A stretch of 64,000 bases of DNA from an uncultured delta proteobacterium (GTDB lineage: Bacteria; Desulfobacterota; Desulfomonilia; Desulfomonilales; Desulfomonilaceae): NCBI GenBank assembly GCA_963789265.1, contig CAWBKB010000004.1, positions 128,001-192,000 on the forward strand, written 5' to 3'. Each line of letters starts with the position of its first letter. The stretch's first letter is position 1. Under the pieces are notes generated by a model. That model did no database searches. It saw nothing but the letters and a program-made list of their open reading frames with translations, and had not been told where the DNA came from. The position numbers were made by a program, and so were the translations under genes. This document shows, in pieces, positions 61,001 to 64,000 of this stretch.

Positions 61001-61413
61001 TTCGATCCTTTGAGCGGCTCGTGATGAAGAACCCTGGATATTCCGCCTCGAATCAGATCCTTGGCTTTTCTCGTAGCCGCTTCCGGATCGTCTGAAACCC
61101 AGGAGCAATGTTCACGGATGTTGACCATTTCGAAAAGGTACGGATTCATGCCGGCACTGGACACTGCATTGCGAAATGTAGGTTCATGCATTTTCGGTGA
61201 ACACGACGCCTCGACAACACGGTCAAGACCAAGTTCCGCGATGTCGTCCCGGATCAGTTTTTGGCCGGGTTCGGAACACATGTACTTGTAATGCCTGCAA
61301 ACAGCGACCTCTTCTAATTCGGAGCCGATTTCTTCGGCTATCCTTGCGCAATCAACTACTGCGCCTATGTTTATGCCTCAATGACAGATGTAAACGCCGA
61401 CTTTCTTCATCAT
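58057..61413 (-). CDS. hdrA: Heterodisulfide reductase HdrA (HdrL-like, with GltD-type insertion), selenocysteine-containing
   Basis: MMKKVGVYICH-TGA-GINIGAVVDC is in frame with MCSEPGQ. Motifs SCSP, NIREHCSW, GGGIAG, KTFPTLDC, CVGSRD and YCSKVCC; second FAD/NAD(P) module GSGPAG/GGGNVA. Confidence 0.93.
61346..61364 (-). promoter_or_regulatory. Candidate SECIS hairpin of hdrA
   Basis: GCGCAGT-AGTTG-ATTGCGC begins 13 nt 3' of the in-frame TGA (61380-61378). Confidence 0.6.
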
Positions 61414-62282
61414 GCAAACCCTTTTTCTTTCAACATAGCCAAAGGATCCACGACATGGCGGTTCAGCCCGAGATCCATCGCAGAGCAGCCAAATGAGAGA
61501 CCTAACAATTGCGTAAAATAGATTATGGGGATTTTGCAATTTGTGCCGTCCCTCGATCCGATTTCTTTTTGGCGCAGATCGAGATTTGCGTGACAGAGCT
61601 GGCATGCAACCACTATGGCATCGGCTCCCCGCCAGAAAGCTTCTCTGATCAAACGACCGCTGAGGTCGACGACTTTCTCCGTTTTGCTAAGAGAGAGGCC
61701 GGCTCCGCAGCATTCAACTTTGAAATCCCAATCGAGCACGTCTGCTCCGGCAGCTTTCAGGATCTCGTCAAGTGAGGTCGGGTTTTCCGGATCGTCGAAG
61801 TTCGTGACACCCGGTGGCTTGACAACATAGCAGCCGTAGTATGGGATAAGGTTCAACCCGTCGAGCGGCTTGATTACCTTGTTGCGAACGGCTTCCAGGC
61901 CCACATGTTGGCTGAGCAAGCCGAGCAGGTTGTAGACAGATAGTTTCGCGTTCAACTTTTTCTCGATAACCTGCTGAACCTTCTCGCTGAGTGCGGGATC
62001 GTTCACAATCTCTTGTTGTGCACTCTTCAAGCGTCTGAAGCAGAAAGGGCATGGAGCAACAACCTCAAATACTCCTTGCTGCTCCATCAAGGCCAAGTTG
62101 TGGGCCGCAAGAGAGGTGGAGAGCAACCGGTTCATTTTCAAAGCCGGAGAAGAACCGCAGCACGTCCATCCGGGCAGTTCTTCAAGTTCAACACCGAGAG
62201 TTCGGCAGACCTGCTTCACTGAGAGATCGTATTGTCTGGCGGTGCCTTCTAGAGAACATCCAGGGTAATAGCCCACCCTCAT
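61410..62282 (-). CDS. hdrB: Heterodisulfide reductase subunit B
   Basis: Motifs YYPGCSL, WTCCG, CPFC, YYGC, ECCGA and CQLCHANLD. Confidence 0.95.
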   Translation of the reverse strand: MRVGYYPGCSLEGTARQYDLSVKQVCRTLGVELEELPGWTCCGSSPALKMNRLLSTSLAAHNLALMEQQGVFEVVAPCPFCFRRLKSAQQEIVNDPALSEKVQQVIEKKLNAKLSVYNLLGLLSQHVGLEAVRNKVIKPLDGLNLIPYYGCYVVKPPGVTNFDDPENPTSLDEILKAAGADVLDWDFKVECCGAGLSLSKTEKVVDLSGRLIREAFWRGADAIVVACQLCHANLDLRQKEIGSRDGTNCKIPIIYFTQLLGLSFGCSAMDLGLNRHVVDPLAMLKEKGFA

Positions 62283-62854
62283 GCCTGTTCCCCTTCCGTT
62301 TCGCGGCGTGCCAGTGAGAAGATTCGAGAGACCTGCGGGCTTTTAGTCCAGCCGGTCAGCATCTCCAACGGCGAGACAGCACCTTTTCGCATCAGGGTTA
62401 TTGCTTTATCCAGATCCTTGAAAGGATTTCCGGTTAGAAGATTGTATGCGGTGACGGTTCGTAACTCCTTCACGCGACCGTATTTCTCCACGGATTTTAG
62501 GAACAACTTCTCAAAGAGGTGGATGTCCGGCTCGGAAGGGGCGACTCCACTCTCTTCGGCCAGTTCGCAGAGTGTAGTGGCGACCCGGTACATGTTGATT
62601 TCAACCGGGCACCGGCTCATACAGGTTCCGCAGCTTACGCAATACCACCAGGTTGGATTGTTCAATGCTTCGTCGCTCATGCCGGACAGAATTTGGGCGA
62701 TGAGCCGCCGAGGGCCGCTCACAGTCTCCGATGCTATGGGACAGCCTCCTGTGCACTTGCCGCACTGGAGGCACTCCAATAGATTTTGTCCGCTCCGTAG
62801 CACTACCCGATCCAGGAATTCCTTCTCCGCGGAGGACCCTGTAAGTCTTAGCAT
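62279..62854 (-). CDS. hdrC: Heterodisulfide reductase subunit C
   Basis: Motifs CLQCGKCTGGCP and CVSCGTCMSRCP. Confidence 0.92.
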   Translation of the reverse strand: MLRLTGSSAEKEFLDRVVLRSGQNLLECLQCGKCTGGCPIASETVSGPRRLIAQILSGMSDEALNNPTWWYCVSCGTCMSRCPVEINMYRVATTLCELAEESGVAPSEPDIHLFEKLFLKSVEKYGRVKELRTVTAYNLLTGNPFKDLDKAITLMRKGAVSPLEMLTGWTKSPQVSRIFSLARRETEGEQA

Positions 62855-62866
62855 TACGTTTTCCCT

Positions 62867-63391
62867 CTATAGAGCTCTTGTAACTTTGAGTGCCTCTTTT
62901 TGCCGCTTGTCCTGGACAACTACAGGAGCACCTCCGAACGTCAAGGCTCCTGTCGGGCATTTCAGGGCGCATACTGGCCAAAGCCCCTGATCAATGCGAT
63001 CTTTGCATGCATCGCATTTGGCAATCTTCCCGGTGTCTTGATTCAGCGCAGGGATCCCGTACGGGCAGGCTACTGCGCACGTTTGACATCCTATGCAGAT
63101 TTCCGGATCGGAAAACACGATTCCGTCCTCTCTCTTTTGCATAGCTCCAGTGGGACACGCTGTGACGCACGCCGGGCGGTCGCAGTGGAAACACGCCGTC
63201 GGCAAGAATGACATCCTCAGGCTCTCACCTTGCTCGAATGGGCCAAGTTGCAGCACTTTGACAGTTCGGCAGCAGGCGGGCAGATCATGCTCCAGTTGGC
63301 AGGCCGCCAGACAGCTCTCGCAACCTATGCAAACGGACGCGTCCACCAACAAAAGGTTCTTGGGTTTGTTTTCGGAGTGGATATCGCTCAT
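62867..63391 (-). CDS. DmsB-like 4Fe-4S dicluster protein
   Basis: Motifs CIGCESCLAAC, CFHCDRPACVTACP, CIGCQTCAVACP and KCDAC...CALKCP. Confidence 0.92.
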   Translation of the reverse strand: MSDIHSENKPKNLLLVDASVCIGCESCLAACQLEHDLPACCRTVKVLQLGPFEQGESLRMSFLPTACFHCDRPACVTACPTGAMQKREDGIVFSDPEICIGCQTCAVACPYGIPALNQDTGKIAKCDACKDRIDQGLWPVCALKCPTGALTFGGAPVVVQDKRQKEALKVTRAL

Positions 63392-63999
63392 GTAAGCAGC
63401 TCTTTAAGAATGTTGAGAGCCTCTTGGCTCGATTGACCCTTTCTGCGAACGGAAACCTTCTTCTGCTTCGGCCCCTGCTGAAGGTGGACCAGCCAACGAG
63501 GAACCATTCGCGTAAGCCAGGCTCGAGCTCTCACAATGCCGTCGCATCCCTGAACGAATACTTCGTCACCGGTTTGGATGCCCAACGCGTTAGCGGTCTC
63601 TGGATTGATCTGCAATACCCGCGCATCTTTCAATACTCCGCGGCCAGGGCAAAACTCGGCCCTGGAAACAACATCCGGAACCTCCAGGTAAAGGGGATAA
63701 GGCTCTTCCGAACCTCCAGAAAGATGTTCCAATGCAGGTTGCAGTGTGAGCGCGATATTTTTGGTGGGCTCCACGGGTGGCGTGGGAGTCGTCCGGCGCG
63801 ATCGGTTCCGGTCGAAAGGCCAGTAAACGAATTCGCCTTTGTCGGAGGCTTTCCTAAGAATCTCGATTGTGCATCCTTTTGTGGCGGAATTCCGGTCGAG
63901 CAGCCAATCTGAGAAGGCTACAAGGTCAGCACTTCCGTCATCAGACCGCCATGGAAAGCGATCGTCCCACTGGAAGCGCTCGGCAAGCCCTATCCAGAA
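63388..63999 (-). CDS. Molybdopterin oxidoreductase, C-terminal part (5' end beyond the window)
   Basis: Frame is open to the window edge (FWIGLAERFQW). Molybdopterin-dinucleotide-binding-like LQINPETANALGIQTGDEVFV. Confidence 0.72.
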   Translation of the reverse strand, partial: FWIGLAERFQWDDRFPWRSDDGSADLVAFSDWLLDRNSATKGCTIEILRKASDKGEFVYWPFDRNRSRRTTPTPPVEPTKNIALTLQPALEHLSGGSEEPYPLYLEVPDVVSRAEFCPGRGVLKDARVLQINPETANALGIQTGDEVFVQGCDGIVRARAWLTRMVPRWLVHLQQGPKQKKVSVRRKGQSSQEALNILKELLT

Positions 64000-64000
64000 G

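Overview
Gene-dense chromosomal window from an anaerobic, selenocysteine-using bacterium. Gene content resembles Desulfobacterota/deltaproteobacteria; this is inferred, not determined. In order: a Y1 (RAYT/IS200-like) transposase and tRNA-Ala(CGC); a MarR-led operon (atypical SdhA-like flavoprotein, 2Fe-2S/ATC-hydrolase fusion, cysteine desulfidase, M20 amidohydrolase); an orphan two-gene P-loop ATPase module; Sec-containing Tat-exported FdhAB; a tungsten-type AOR divergent from a Mop-type molybdenum aldehyde oxidoreductase with its DVU_1553-1558-like accessory cluster and XdhC; a PIN-PhoH gene; and an ErcA-like ADH / histidine kinase / sigma54 regulator module. The standout is a ~12 kb co-oriented cluster (36876-48529). 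It joins two DUF362-ferredoxin paralogues, Mrp, three small unknown genes, a mycofactocin-type SDR, a variant mycofactocin pathway (mftA ending in -IY and absent from the ORF track, mftB, mftC, mftF; no mftD/mftE) and nickel-pincer nucleotide biosynthesis genes larE-larB-larC without larA. The first DUF362 protein has the LarA-like H-x9-K-x15-H spacing. The window ends with FIST/PAS signalling genes, small redox genes, and a molybdopterin-oxidoreductase/HdrCBA(Sec)/MvhDG operon whose MvhA homologue lacks all Ni-Fe cysteines. Several REP/MITE-like repeats are present. Five +1 frameshifts are probably sequencing errors. All family assignments come from motif recognition by eye; no database searches were run.
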